Part shown: positions 16,946 to 25,973 of the stretch, one piece after another
Numbering within the stretch: the stretch's first letter is position 1
Layout of the letters: every line of letters begins with the position of its first letter
NCBI GenBank assembly: GCA_041158505.1
Contig: JBEBBG010000007.1
Coordinates: 27,879-91,878, forward strand
Direction of reading: 5' to 3'
Source: Candidatus Parcubacteria bacterium
Lineage (GTDB): Bacteria; Patescibacteriota; Minisyncoccia; Phycocordibacterales; JAACPR01
DNA length: 64,000 nt
Translations under genes and position numbers: made by a program
The notes under the pieces: generated by a model
What the model saw: only the letters and a program-made list of their open reading frames with translations
What the model was told of the DNA's origin: nothing
Database searches by the model: none

Positions 16946-16977
16946 CGCTGATTCAAACCAACCTCAGTCCGCGGAGA
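16946..16977. repeat. att-like repeat R9 (diverged)
   Basis: cgctgattcaaaccaacctcagtccgcggaga. Confidence 0.8.
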
Positions 16978-17035
16978 CCTTGTAAAGCAACGTAAAAAAA
17001 ATTTATTTAACAAATAATTTTGATAAAATTCTCTT

Positions 17036-17314
17036 ATGAAGAAAAATTTTAAATCACAGGGAGCAGTAAAACTATTTCCACAAAAAGGTGGATGGGTGTA
17101 TTTGCCAGTAAAACAAACTTATTCTGATTTAGGAATTACAAAACCCAAATGGGGTTTGGTTCCAGCAACAATTACAATCGGAAACACTACTTGGAAAAAA
17201 TCACTTTTACCAATGGGAGACGAAACTTTATTCATTGCTTTAAATGAAAAAGTAAGAAAAGCTGAAAATATAAAAATTGGAGATACAATAACAGCTACTT
17301 TTACATTAGATTAG
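17036..17314 (+). CDS. DUF1905-like protein (cassette gene)
   Basis: GGWVYLPV...WGLVPATITIG.T.WK.SLLP...VRKAENI..GD. Confidence 0.75.
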   Translation: MKKNFKSQGAVKLFPQKGGWVYLPVKQTYSDLGITKPKWGLVPATITIGNTTWKKSLLPMGDETLFIALNEKVRKAENIKIGDTITATFTLD

Positions 17315-17397
17315 TTCTGAAGTACTAGATTCGGAAGAAACCCCTGATTACGTAAGGTAATTCAACGGCTTTCGTGTTTCTCTTTTCTACCCCACCG

Positions 17398-17429
17398 CAC
17401 TGGCTTGATCCAGCCTCAGCTGCTTGTAA
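17398..17429. repeat. att-like repeat R10 (strongly decayed)
   Basis: ttttctaccccaccg + cactggcttgatccagcctcagctgcttg. Confidence 0.65.
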
Positions 17430-17488
17430 CTATTTACAATTCAGTATTTTTATGTTTTTATACTGCCTGGCTATTGTACCCACACATC

Positions 17489-18415
17489 ATGAAAAAAACG
17501 TCTGTTACCATAATTGTAACCCTCACCATCCTAATCTTGTGCCTTTGGCACTACCAAAGGATCAAGGTCGTGCCAACTACCCCTTCACCGGCATCAACCG
17601 TGGAAACACAGGTGGTGGAGACACCGCCGGTGGTAAACCCTCTCCAAGGGATTGCCTCGATCGAGCAGACACTCACACAACTGAACGCCTCGCTCGACCT
17701 GCTCGAACGAGAAGCGAGCACCGATGCGCTGCTGATGAAGTTCATTCGCGAATACCGCGAACAGCAAATCTCGGCAGTGGACTTTGACACGAGTTTCAAG
17801 AAGCTGCGTGACATGCCTGTCGATATCATCCCGATGTTGCACATGGCATACGGCATCAGCGACGAAGATGCATCCCATGTCACCGCTCTGCAACAGAATA
17901 TCGCGGAGATTGTCCGCAACAAGCACACCTTGTTCTGGACGGAAGATTTCTGCGGCGGAAAGGTTGTTACCAAGGAGAACGCGTGGGAGGAAGTCCGAAC
18001 GGAATTCCAGAACACAACCATCCCGATGACTACGAATGATTTGAGCAAGGCATCGATTGATGCCTACCTTGAACAAATTCGGCCTTTCTCGGCTGCTCAG
18101 CAAGTCATCCATGAGCCCGGAGTAACCACGGTGATGGGCGGCGACTATCGCCCACTCAAAAACATCCACCAGAGACTGCTGGAGTACGCTGCTCATGCCG
18201 ATCGTGGCACACTGCCTTCCGCCCTTGACCCCAGAAGGATGCCCCTGCTCCGCACCGTGCTGAGTAAAGGCCGTGACCTCTACCTGCTTCGGTACATTGC
18301 CGAGCATGGCAGCCAGGAACCACAGGTGATCGTCTTCGGCGCCGCCCACACGGAACACCTCAGTGAACTGCTGAGCTTCTACCAAGCAGGCGGGCAATTT
18401 CTGGTCATCCAGTGA
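17489..18415 (+). CDS. hypothetical membrane-anchored protein
   Basis: N-terminal TM segment; C-terminal VIVFGAAH resembles the TraB/PrgY-type fold end. Confidence 0.7.
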   Translation: MKKTSVTIIVTLTILILCLWHYQRIKVVPTTPSPASTVETQVVETPPVVNPLQGIASIEQTLTQLNASLDLLEREASTDALLMKFIREYREQQISAVDFDTSFKKLRDMPVDIIPMLHMAYGISDEDASHVTALQQNIAEIVRNKHTLFWTEDFCGGKVVTKENAWEEVRTEFQNTTIPMTTNDLSKASIDAYLEQIRPFSAAQQVIHEPGVTTVMGGDYRPLKNIHQRLLEYAAHADRGTLPSALDPRRMPLLRTVLSKGRDLYLLRYIAEHGSQEPQVIVFGAAHTEHLSELLSFYQAGGQFLVIQ

Positions 18416-18426
18416 AAATGGATCAC

Positions 18427-18473
18427 GTCCGACGCAAGGAAGTTCCTCGCGTCGGACACTTTTTCTTTTCTAC
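18427..18473 (+). terminator. intrinsic terminator with TTTTCTTTTCTAC tail
   Basis: gtccgacgc...gcgtcggac hairpin plus T-tract. Confidence 0.7.
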
Positions 18474-18534
18474 TATAATTCTGAGTGTATGCAGAAACCT
18501 TGACGAACCACCTGCGTAGGGGTAGCGTTGTGAT

Positions 18535-19056
18535 ATGGAGCACCTTTCAGAAAGTGGTAGCAGACCACCAAACAATCAAATCATCTGCACCCTGGTCTAC
18601 CCCATCCAGGATATGCAAGTACTCCTTGCAAAAAAGAGGCGGAAAATTGGGGTTGGTCTCTGGAATGGCTGGGGCGGAAAAGTTGAGAAAGACGATACCT
18701 CAGTCAGAGCGGCAGCGGCTCGCGAACTGTTTGACGAAGCAAGATTGCATGTTGACCCTGCTGCGCTAGACTACCGTGGCAAAGTCACCTTCTACAACAA
18801 AGATGCTGCTATGCCAGTGGTTGTCGTCCATCTCTTTCTAGCGACTGAATGGTCGGGAGAGGTTACTGTCGAGGAAACTGAGATGAGTGATCCTACGTGG
18901 TGGCCGATCAAAGAACTACCGTTTGATGAGATGCCCGCATCAGACTACGATTGGCTGCCATTAATCTTGGACGGTCATACCATTGAGGCAACAGCGTGGA
19001 ATGGTCCAAATCAGCGGTCGATCTCGAAACCAACCGTCGTACGCATCATTGAGTAA
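18535..19056 (+). CDS. NUDIX hydrolase (8-oxo-dGTPase/MTH1-like)
   Basis: WNGWGGKVE...AAARELFDEA Nudix box. Confidence 0.85.
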   Translation: MEHLSESGSRPPNNQIICTLVYPIQDMQVLLAKKRRKIGVGLWNGWGGKVEKDDTSVRAAAARELFDEARLHVDPAALDYRGKVTFYNKDAAMPVVVVHLFLATEWSGEVTVEETEMSDPTWWPIKELPFDEMPASDYDWLPLILDGHTIEATAWNGPNQRSISKPTVVRIIE

Positions 19057-19149
19057 CACCGGCTTTTGTCAGTGACTCGTTGGTGTTTTTCTTTTTAGAA
19101 AACTTGACACTTGTGTTTAAGTGTTATATTTTTTACTAAATTCTTTCAC

Positions 19150-19629
19150 ATGAAGACCACCCTCTACGCCCTCATCGGGATTGTTCTCTACGCAATCCAA
19201 AACGCAATCATTGATGTGAAATTGAAGCAGTACTCCCCGACGGGTATTTTGCTCGGTTTCTACATCATCCTCTTGCCGCTCGCCCTAGGCTTGTTCCTCT
19301 GGCAAAAGGCATCTGGGCAACCAGTCGGCATTCCTACGGGCAAACCCTTCTTGATCCTGTCGTTGGTCGCGGTGATGTTTTTCATCGCCGACTTCTTCTA
19401 CATCGGCGCATACACGAGTGGAGGCAACGTGGTGACGGTCACCATTTTGCTCTCCCTCATGCCTGTCATCGGCGGGATCATCAAGTTCTTTTGGGTACGT
19501 GACGTGCCCAATGGATGGCAGGTGACAAGCTTCGGCTTTGCTCTGATTGCGGTTATTTGCATCGCAATCGGTAATACCCGAAAAACCCCTGCCGCCGAAG
19601 ATTCTCCGGCACAAGAACAAAGTCCCTGA
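19150..19629 (+). CDS. EamA/DMT-like small transporter
   Basis: Five TM helices with DMT-like spacing. Confidence 0.7.
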   Translation: MKTTLYALIGIVLYAIQNAIIDVKLKQYSPTGILLGFYIILLPLALGLFLWQKASGQPVGIPTGKPFLILSLVAVMFFIADFFYIGAYTSGGNVVTVTILLSLMPVIGGIIKFFWVRDVPNGWQVTSFGFALIAVICIAIGNTRKTPAAEDSPAQEQSP

Positions 19630-19757
19630 TTGCCCTCTCTCGCAACCACCGCTCGTAGTTGCGAGGCATTTTCTTTCACCGCATACCGTCCTACAGCGAA
19701 ACTGCACATACGCATCAATGTATGCTATTGTCTTTTTCAAACAACCCTTGCTCTTCT

Positions 19758-20096
19758 ATGGAAACAAGATTGAAGTTTTTTACTCAAGGTTGCCCTGTGT
19801 ACCCTCGGCCAATCACGGATGATGAGCAATCAGATGTTCTCCGTGTGTTACATGCAGTATGGCCGCCAGAGCCGCTATTTGTTGCACTAGATTCAAGAAT
19901 CAAGCAATCAGAAGCAGAAATTCTTGAAGAGGGGGTGCGCCATCCTCAAATCGTCATGTTAGCATATGCTGATGGTAGACCGTTCATGATTCGATATGAA
20001 GGAGAGGCAGGCTCGCAACCCTTAGCCGTCTCTGCACATTGGCTCATAATCGCACTCGAAGACCCTGACTCAGAGGACGACACATGCCTATTTTGA
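19758..20096 (+). CDS. hypothetical protein
   Basis: ORF with ATG at 19758, followed by a T-tract. Confidence 0.5.
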   Translation: METRLKFFTQGCPVYPRPITDDEQSDVLRVLHAVWPPEPLFVALDSRIKQSEAEILEEGVRHPQIVMLAYADGRPFMIRYEGEAGSQPLAVSAHWLIIALEDPDSEDDTCLF

Positions 20097-20148
20097 CCGG
20101 GGTTTTTTCTTTTTATACAGCCTGTGCTAGGGTGTTTGGTAAACAATT

Positions 20149-20760
20149 ATGATACCAACGCTCTTTCTCGATATCGATGACACACTCCTCAGTCACACAC
20201 CCTTGGCACGTGATTTCATTCTCGACCAGTATGGTTTGGAACTGCCTCAGGATTTTCACTCGGGGTACGACCTCTTTGGTATGGTGGAAGCTCACCTGTC
20301 CCCTGAACGAAAACTCTTGAAATATGATTTCTGGGCACACTACACCGACAACTTCTTACTCTCTCGAGATCCTCGATACAAGCACGAACCGCTTCCTGGT
20401 GCTACCGAAACGGTTGCGGCACTTTCGTGCAAGTATGATCTCTGGGTTGTAACTGCACGACCATGTATCTGCAAAGAGGTTACGGAGGACACGCTCGATC
20501 AGTTTTTCCCAAACTGCTTTCAGGGTATCCACTTCGTATGGAAACGGGAAGGCGGCAAACATACCGAACGCCCAAAACGGGACTTCATTACAGAAATTGG
20601 TAGCGGACTCGCGCTGATTGATGACAATCCTGAGCAGATTATTGCCGCTCAAAGCGCAATCGAACCAGTTCTCTTTGATCCGCACGATCACCACCGTAAT
20701 CATCCAGAAATCAAGGTTCGGGTGAAAAGTTGGAGCGACATCGCTGACCGGTTTTTGTGA
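20149..20760 (+). CDS. HAD-family 5'(3')-nucleotidase-like protein
   Basis: LDIDDTL, VVTAR, LIDDN motifs. Confidence 0.8.
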   Translation: MIPTLFLDIDDTLLSHTPLARDFILDQYGLELPQDFHSGYDLFGMVEAHLSPERKLLKYDFWAHYTDNFLLSRDPRYKHEPLPGATETVAALSCKYDLWVVTARPCICKEVTEDTLDQFFPNCFQGIHFVWKREGGKHTERPKRDFITEIGSGLALIDDNPEQIIAAQSAIEPVLFDPHDHHRNHPEIKVRVKSWSDIADRFL

Positions 20761-20772
20761 GGATATGTTTGT

Positions 20773-20810
20773 GGGCCGGCGCGCGAAGCGCGCCGGCCCC
20801 TTTTCTTTTC
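20773..20810 (+). terminator. intrinsic terminator
   Basis: gggccggcgcgc gaa gcgcgccggccc + TTTTCTTTT. Confidence 0.8.
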
Positions 20811-20849
20811 AAAACAAAACTGACAGCCACTACTCTCAGTGCGCGTCTA

Positions 20850-22550
20850 TTACCCCCGTATAAACAACCGTGCGAAACGAATATCCTCAAACGAGTACTG
20901 CCCGCCGAGCTTTCGGTGTACTGCCGTTAATCGAAACTCCTCCATGCCACGAGATGCATCACGAACGTCCTCACACATCTGCGCAAATTCATCAGTATCT
21001 GGCGCGAGGTATGCAACATCATCTGCCGTGAGCGCACCCTCATCGAGTAACCGTTCCAAGTGCGACAAAATCGTTCCCGAGGTGAGCTTTCGCGTGCTAA
21101 TGATTTTTTTGAGGGGCACCTGTTCAAGCACAAGTTCTTTGGTTAGTTCAAAGGTTGTTTTCTTTGCACCATCTTCACCGCGAACCTCCTGCTCACTCGC
21201 ACCAATCTTACGCAAAAATGAACGGTGCAGCTCATCGTACGTCTGCGCATCCGTGCGCGAGCATTCGGCGCATACGCGCGTCGAATGCTCGCGCAACCAC
21301 CCATCAACATCACGTACCTGCTCATGCACACGAAGTGCCATTGGGTTAAATCCTTTAAGCAGCAACCCATCGAGCGTTCGCAATCGTGACAACGCAACGT
21401 ACCCCTGCCCCGGCACAAATGCATTGCTCAAATCAACGACTGCTCGATCGAGCGTCATGCCCTGACTCTTGTGAATTGTTACTGCCCACGCAAGCTTCAG
21501 CGGCACCTGCCCAATTTCACCGAGCACCTTACCACCATCCTCCACAGACCAGCTCTGCGGTGACGCAACAAATCGCTCACCAGTTTTTGTAACCACCACG
21601 GGATACCCTCCCTCAAACCCAACCACCTCACCGGTTGTTCCATTGACGTATCCAGCAACAGGATTATTTTTTACAAACATCACCAGCGCGCCTTTCTTTA
21701 CCACCAATCGCTCAGGGGCAAGCGCACCACGCTTGAGCGCATCAATCACGTGCGGCTTTCCGCTTGCCGTCATGAGGTACACCTGCTCATCAGCATTGAG
21801 GGCTTGCAATTTTTTCCCATTAAATGAATCAACATTCACATTGTGCGTATAGAGCTTCGTCACGTCTTCTGGCTCATCGGTAATAATTCTCGATCGCAAC
21901 ACCTCAACGGTTTGTTCGCTTGGCTCTCCATCACGAAGTTCATTGAGGAGCGTCGCGAGCGCATCGTCGCCTTGTCGAAACTGCGTCTTGAGGTAGCACG
22001 TATGCATGTCTGCTGCTTTCCATGCGCGCGACGTAAATGCAAAAGGTGTCTGCACCTCCGGTTCATCATCAAAGAAAATTGTTTGGACCTCCTGTGTAGT
22101 GCGTCGTTTCTCAATCGGCGGCAGCTGGAAAAAGTCGCCCGAGCATACCACTTGCATGCCACCAAATGGCGCATCGACTCGGGTAAACATACGTGCGACC
22201 TGATCAACCGTATCGAGCGTCTGCGCAGACAGCATCGAGACTTCATCAATCACGAGCACCTTTGCTTTCTCAAATCGTTTGTGGAGGTACGCCTTTTGCG
22301 AGAGCATATCAAGCTCATACTCACTGAGCGAATCACGAATACCAATCCCCGCCCATGAGTGAATGGTCATGCCCTTGAGGTGTGTTGCAGCGATGCCAGT
22401 AGATGCGGTTACGGCAACCTCGACACCGCGCGAGCGCAAAAAAGAAATATACTCATTGAGCACGTGTGTCTTTCCAGAACCTGCCGGACCGGTTAGAAAC
22501 ACGTTTTTACCGAGCTTGAGTACCTGGAGCGCTTCCTGCTGCGTCATCAT
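20850..22550 (-). CDS. PIF1-family helicase with C-terminal HTH
   Basis: GPAGSGKT, IDEVSM, GDFFQLPP, AVTIHKSQGMTLD, YVALSR. Confidence 0.9.
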   Translation of the reverse strand: MMTQQEALQVLKLGKNVFLTGPAGSGKTHVLNEYISFLRSRGVEVAVTASTGIAATHLKGMTIHSWAGIGIRDSLSEYELDMLSQKAYLHKRFEKAKVLVIDEVSMLSAQTLDTVDQVARMFTRVDAPFGGMQVVCSGDFFQLPPIEKRRTTQEVQTIFFDDEPEVQTPFAFTSRAWKAADMHTCYLKTQFRQGDDALATLLNELRDGEPSEQTVEVLRSRIITDEPEDVTKLYTHNVNVDSFNGKKLQALNADEQVYLMTASGKPHVIDALKRGALAPERLVVKKGALVMFVKNNPVAGYVNGTTGEVVGFEGGYPVVVTKTGERFVASPQSWSVEDGGKVLGEIGQVPLKLAWAVTIHKSQGMTLDRAVVDLSNAFVPGQGYVALSRLRTLDGLLLKGFNPMALRVHEQVRDVDGWLREHSTRVCAECSRTDAQTYDELHRSFLRKIGASEQEVRGEDGAKKTTFELTKELVLEQVPLKKIISTRKLTSGTILSHLERLLDEGALTADDVAYLAPDTDEFAQMCEDVRDASRGMEEFRLTAVHRKLGGQYSFEDIRFARLFIRG

Positions 22551-22627
22551 AGTACACCGATTTTACCACGCAGCACGACTGCCGTATTGATTGACGGGCT
22601 AAAACATCCAACGTACGGTGCTGTCTT

Positions 22628-23278
22628 TTAATCAACCTGCGGCGGCCTAAAGAAGATGCGCTCTGGCAATCGATTACCCTTACAGCGTGCAACGCGGCGC
22701 GCAAACTGTTTGCCTCGTTTCTCACACGCTGCCAGTACTGCCACGTCCTCAAACGCGCGAACGTTTCCTGTGTAGTAGGCACCTAGCACATGTGCACCGT
22801 AGTACAAGAACACGCCACGCAACCAGAACGACGGAAAAGCAAAAAAGACAAGCTTCTGTGCCCAGCGCGGTGTACCTCCTGATACCAAAAAGTACGTTCG
22901 TAAGAATCCAAGCTTCCCAACCGGCTGATTGAAGCGATTTCGCTTCGTCATATCGAGGGCAAAGAAGCGCATGCGGTCAATGAAGTTTTTCAAATGCGCA
23001 GGAATTGAGAAGTTGTATGTCGGCGCTGCAATAACCAACCCTTGTGATGCTTGTATGCGAGCCGTAAGCTCACGAAACGCTCCCTCGTGCGACTGCGGAC
23101 CTGTACTGTTTTCAAACGTGTACGTATCAATAAGCACATCGGCCAAGTACACCTTCTCGACGCTCACGCCTGGCACCGTCTGTACACCACGAATGAACGC
23201 ATCGAGCATGCTATCTGAATTTCTACCCCGCGATGGCGAGCATGCAAGCGCAATAATTGTCACTGATATGTCTGTCAT
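22628..23278 (-). CDS. flavodoxin-like NAD(P)H-dependent FMN reductase family protein
   Basis: SPSRGRNS, PTYNFSIPAHLKNFIDR. Confidence 0.85.
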   Translation of the reverse strand: MTDISVTIIALACSPSRGRNSDSMLDAFIRGVQTVPGVSVEKVYLADVLIDTYTFENSTGPQSHEGAFRELTARIQASQGLVIAAPTYNFSIPAHLKNFIDRMRFFALDMTKRNRFNQPVGKLGFLRTYFLVSGGTPRWAQKLVFFAFPSFWLRGVFLYYGAHVLGAYYTGNVRAFEDVAVLAACEKRGKQFARRVARCKGNRLPERIFFRPPQVD

Positions 23279-23355
23279 GCGAAGCAGTATAGCACAGACA
23301 CAGTAATTTGACTTTTATTATTTTTATAGCATTTTATATGCTAACCTGAGTACCT

Positions 23356-23682
23356 ATGAAAAATCCATCCGGAAAAAAACGTAAAGGGACACACACGACC
23401 TACACCGAAGCCGCCGGCAAGGTCGCCGAAAAGCTTGCGCGTTCAGATACGATCTCGAGCATTGTTGCAGGTGTTATCACCCCCGGCCTCAAAAGCTCAA
23501 AACGCAGTGTGAAAGTCATTAAAAACCCAACAGGGGCACTCCTTGTTAAAGTACGTGATGTTACCACCATCATGGAAGTACACGTCATTGGCAAAGACTA
23601 CGATGCCGCCATCGCAAAAATTGAGGAGATTGCGAAGGAATTACACATGGACTTCAAGTTGGAAGACCGTACCGGCGCCTAA
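23356..23682 (+). CDS. DUF2103-like protein
   Basis: GTHTT...I.AGVI pattern. Confidence 0.55.
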   Translation: MKNPSGKKRKGTHTTYTEAAGKVAEKLARSDTISSIVAGVITPGLKSSKRSVKVIKNPTGALLVKVRDVTTIMEVHVIGKDYDAAIAKIEEIAKELHMDFKLEDRTGA

Positions 23683-23710
23683 GTCGGTACTTTTTCTTTT
23701 AGGTGCAGTA

Positions 23711-24460
23711 CTATGCCTTCTTTACGAATCCTTCGATTGCCTTGAGTGCCTCAACAGGAACCATGTAGACAACAGTATTACTCTGATCTGAAGACATATC
23801 GTTGATTGATTGTAATGTACGAAGGTGTAGTGCACCAGGAGTTGCGGCAAGCATTGCTGCAGCCTTTGCAAGGTTTTCTGATGCAGCAAGCTCTCCTTCT
23901 GAGGTAATGATCACCGAACGTTTCTCTCGTTCTGCCTCTGCTTGCTTACCAATAGTTCGCTCGAGTTCAGGTGGCAGACTTACATCCTTGAGCTCTACAT
24001 TTTGCACCTTGAGTCCCCACGCATCTGTTTCGGTATCAACGATTTCGCGAATACGATCGGCAATCTTGTCTCGGCTTGAGAGCAGTTCATCAAGCGTCAC
24101 TTCACCAACGATATTTCGCATCGTCGTCTGCGCATACTGAGAAATTGCATACTTAAAATCTTCTACCTCAAGAATCGCTTTCTGTGCATCACCGACCTTG
24201 TAGTAGATAACAGCATTCACGCGAACTGAAACGTTGTCTCGTGTAATGGCATTTTGATCTGGCACATCAACAGCTTTAGTGCGCACATCCACTTTCTGGT
24301 AGTGCTGAATAACTGGGAACACCAGTCGCCACCCTGGCTGCATCACTGAACTGAACTTTCCAAGTGTAAACTTCACACCCCGCTCATACTGATTTACCTG
24401 GCGAATGCTCACCACAATAATCACCAAAACCACAATAAGGATAAAAACTCCCATAGACAT
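23711..24460 (-). CDS. SPFH/stomatin-like (slipin) protein
   Basis: ITRDNVSVRVNAV, QAEAEREKR, ALHLRTLQ. Confidence 0.92.
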   Translation of the reverse strand: MSMGVFILIVVLVIIVVSIRQVNQYERGVKFTLGKFSSVMQPGWRLVFPVIQHYQKVDVRTKAVDVPDQNAITRDNVSVRVNAVIYYKVGDAQKAILEVEDFKYAISQYAQTTMRNIVGEVTLDELLSSRDKIADRIREIVDTETDAWGLKVQNVELKDVSLPPELERTIGKQAEAEREKRSVIITSEGELAASENLAKAAAMLAATPGALHLRTLQSINDMSSDQSNTVVYMVPVEALKAIEGFVKKA

Positions 24461-24778
24461 ACGTTACGTTTATATATTCCTAGCATACGGTGTTGTGCGC
24501 AAAACGTACACATTGACTTTTTTAATAAATGTAGTATTTTAATAGACATGTTGCATCGCAACGTACAGCAGAACAAAACGCAAAACCGCTACATGTCAGT
24601 GGCGGATATTCTCATTGCGCGTGTCTGGGCGACTCCCCACACACTTGTGTCTAGCTGTAACGTTTGTACTCGGTAAATACCCTTTCTCCGCGATAAAAAC
24701 GCTCCAGCTCGACAGAAGCTGGAGCGTTTTCCGTTTCTTGTTGAGCACATACACACTAACCCATTGTTCCTTATCACC

Positions 24779-25360
24779 ATGAAAGATAAACCCGAACTGA
24801 CCTTCCGTACCGGTTTCCGCGTACGGCTCCGTCTGCTCACTGCAGACGATGCAGTGACACTGACCACCTGGATGAATGATCCAGAAACAACGCAGTACAT
24901 CACCCAGTACCTACCCAAGACGCTTGAAGCCGAGCATGCATGGATTGAGTTGCTCTACAAGAACGACAAAGACATCGTGTTTGGGATCGAGCACATCGAA
25001 GATGACACGCTCATCGGCGTTATTGGGTTGCACCACATTCAGTACCGTCACGGTACCGCCTCAACGGGCGCGACGATTGGCAGCAAAGATCACCTCGGCA
25101 AAGGGTATGGTAGCGAGGCAAAAATGCTCTTGCTCAAGTACGCCTTCGATACGCTTAACCTGCGCAAGATTGGCGCCCGCGTGTACGCCTTTAACGGCCG
25201 CTCGCTGCGATACCAAGAGAAGTGCGGTTACCGCGTAGAAGGAGTGCTCAAAGAGCAGCATTTCATCAATGGTGAATACCACGATGAGGTGCTGCTGGCA
25301 GTCCGTCGCGAGGATTGGCTGCCCATCTGGGAGAGGTACCAGAGCACCGGGACCGTCTAA
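24779..25360 (+). CDS. RimJ/RimL-type GNAT acetyltransferase
   Basis: GKGYGSEA, FNGRSLRYQEKCGYRVEG. Confidence 0.88.
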   Translation: MKDKPELTFRTGFRVRLRLLTADDAVTLTTWMNDPETTQYITQYLPKTLEAEHAWIELLYKNDKDIVFGIEHIEDDTLIGVIGLHHIQYRHGTASTGATIGSKDHLGKGYGSEAKMLLLKYAFDTLNLRKIGARVYAFNGRSLRYQEKCGYRVEGVLKEQHFINGEYHDEVLLAVRREDWLPIWERYQSTGTV

Positions 25361-25502
25361 GACGGTCCCTTTTTCTTTGTAGCTTATGCACAGGCAGCCC
25401 CCTTGACGACTTTTACATATATGCTATTTTAATCCCCGACCGACCCACGTTCCTTCTCACAACCCATCCGAGGAGTGCGTGTGTCACTATCCTAACAAGC
25501 CT

Positions 25503-25973
25503 ATGAAGAAGTCCAGTCCCATCCTGCTGTTGGGGGCGATGATCGCCCTGTCCGCTTACTTGCTGCCGAACCTCGGTGCCGCCGACGACCTGCCCGATCG
25601 CGATGTCTCCATCGCCCTCGCCGTGCCGGACATCAGCGACAACTACATCGCGTACGACATCCAGAAGCCGGCCGATCCCGTCGCCATCTTCCAGCGTGAC
25701 GAGTTCAACGATGCGATCATCAGCCTCAGTGCCGCCAGCTACGTCGAGAAGAATCCGGCCAAGAAGGCCACCGACACCAGCTACAGCACCTACGGCACCT
25801 TGAAGCAGACCTACGGCACCAACGGCTACAGCCACACCGGCGTCATCCACGACACCATCGCCGGCCACTGGAGTATTCGCGAAGCCAACAACGGCCTCGT
25901 CTACTACGACGACACGAGTACCGGCCTCGCCCTCCTCGGCACCCACGCTGCCCCGACGGTCCTCCAGACCTGA
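25503..25973 (+). CDS. secreted hypothetical protein, high GC
   Basis: Signal peptide; strong C/G third-position bias; own upstream TTGACG and downstream terminator. Confidence 0.7.
   Translation: MKKSSPILLLGAMIALSAYLLPNLGAADDLPDRDVSIALAVPDISDNYIAYDIQKPADPVAIFQRDEFNDAIISLSAASYVEKNPAKKATDTSYSTYGTLKQTYGTNGYSHTGVIHDTIAGHWSIREANNGLVYYDDTSTGLALLGTHAAPTVLQT

Noticed and set aside
11177-17429. 32-bp repeats as a CRISPR array
   Set aside because: The intervening segments are 0.45-1.4 kb and contain whole genes, the repeats vary internally, and no cas genes are seen.
11177-17429. Classical integron attC sites
   Set aside because: No RYYYAAC/GTTRRRY boxes or long palindrome, and no tyrosine integrase in the window.
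11177-17429. Repeats as tRNA genes or simple tRNA 3' duplications
   Set aside because: Only GGTTCGA and GGAGC match, with 5 nt extra spacing; no cloverleaf can be formed.
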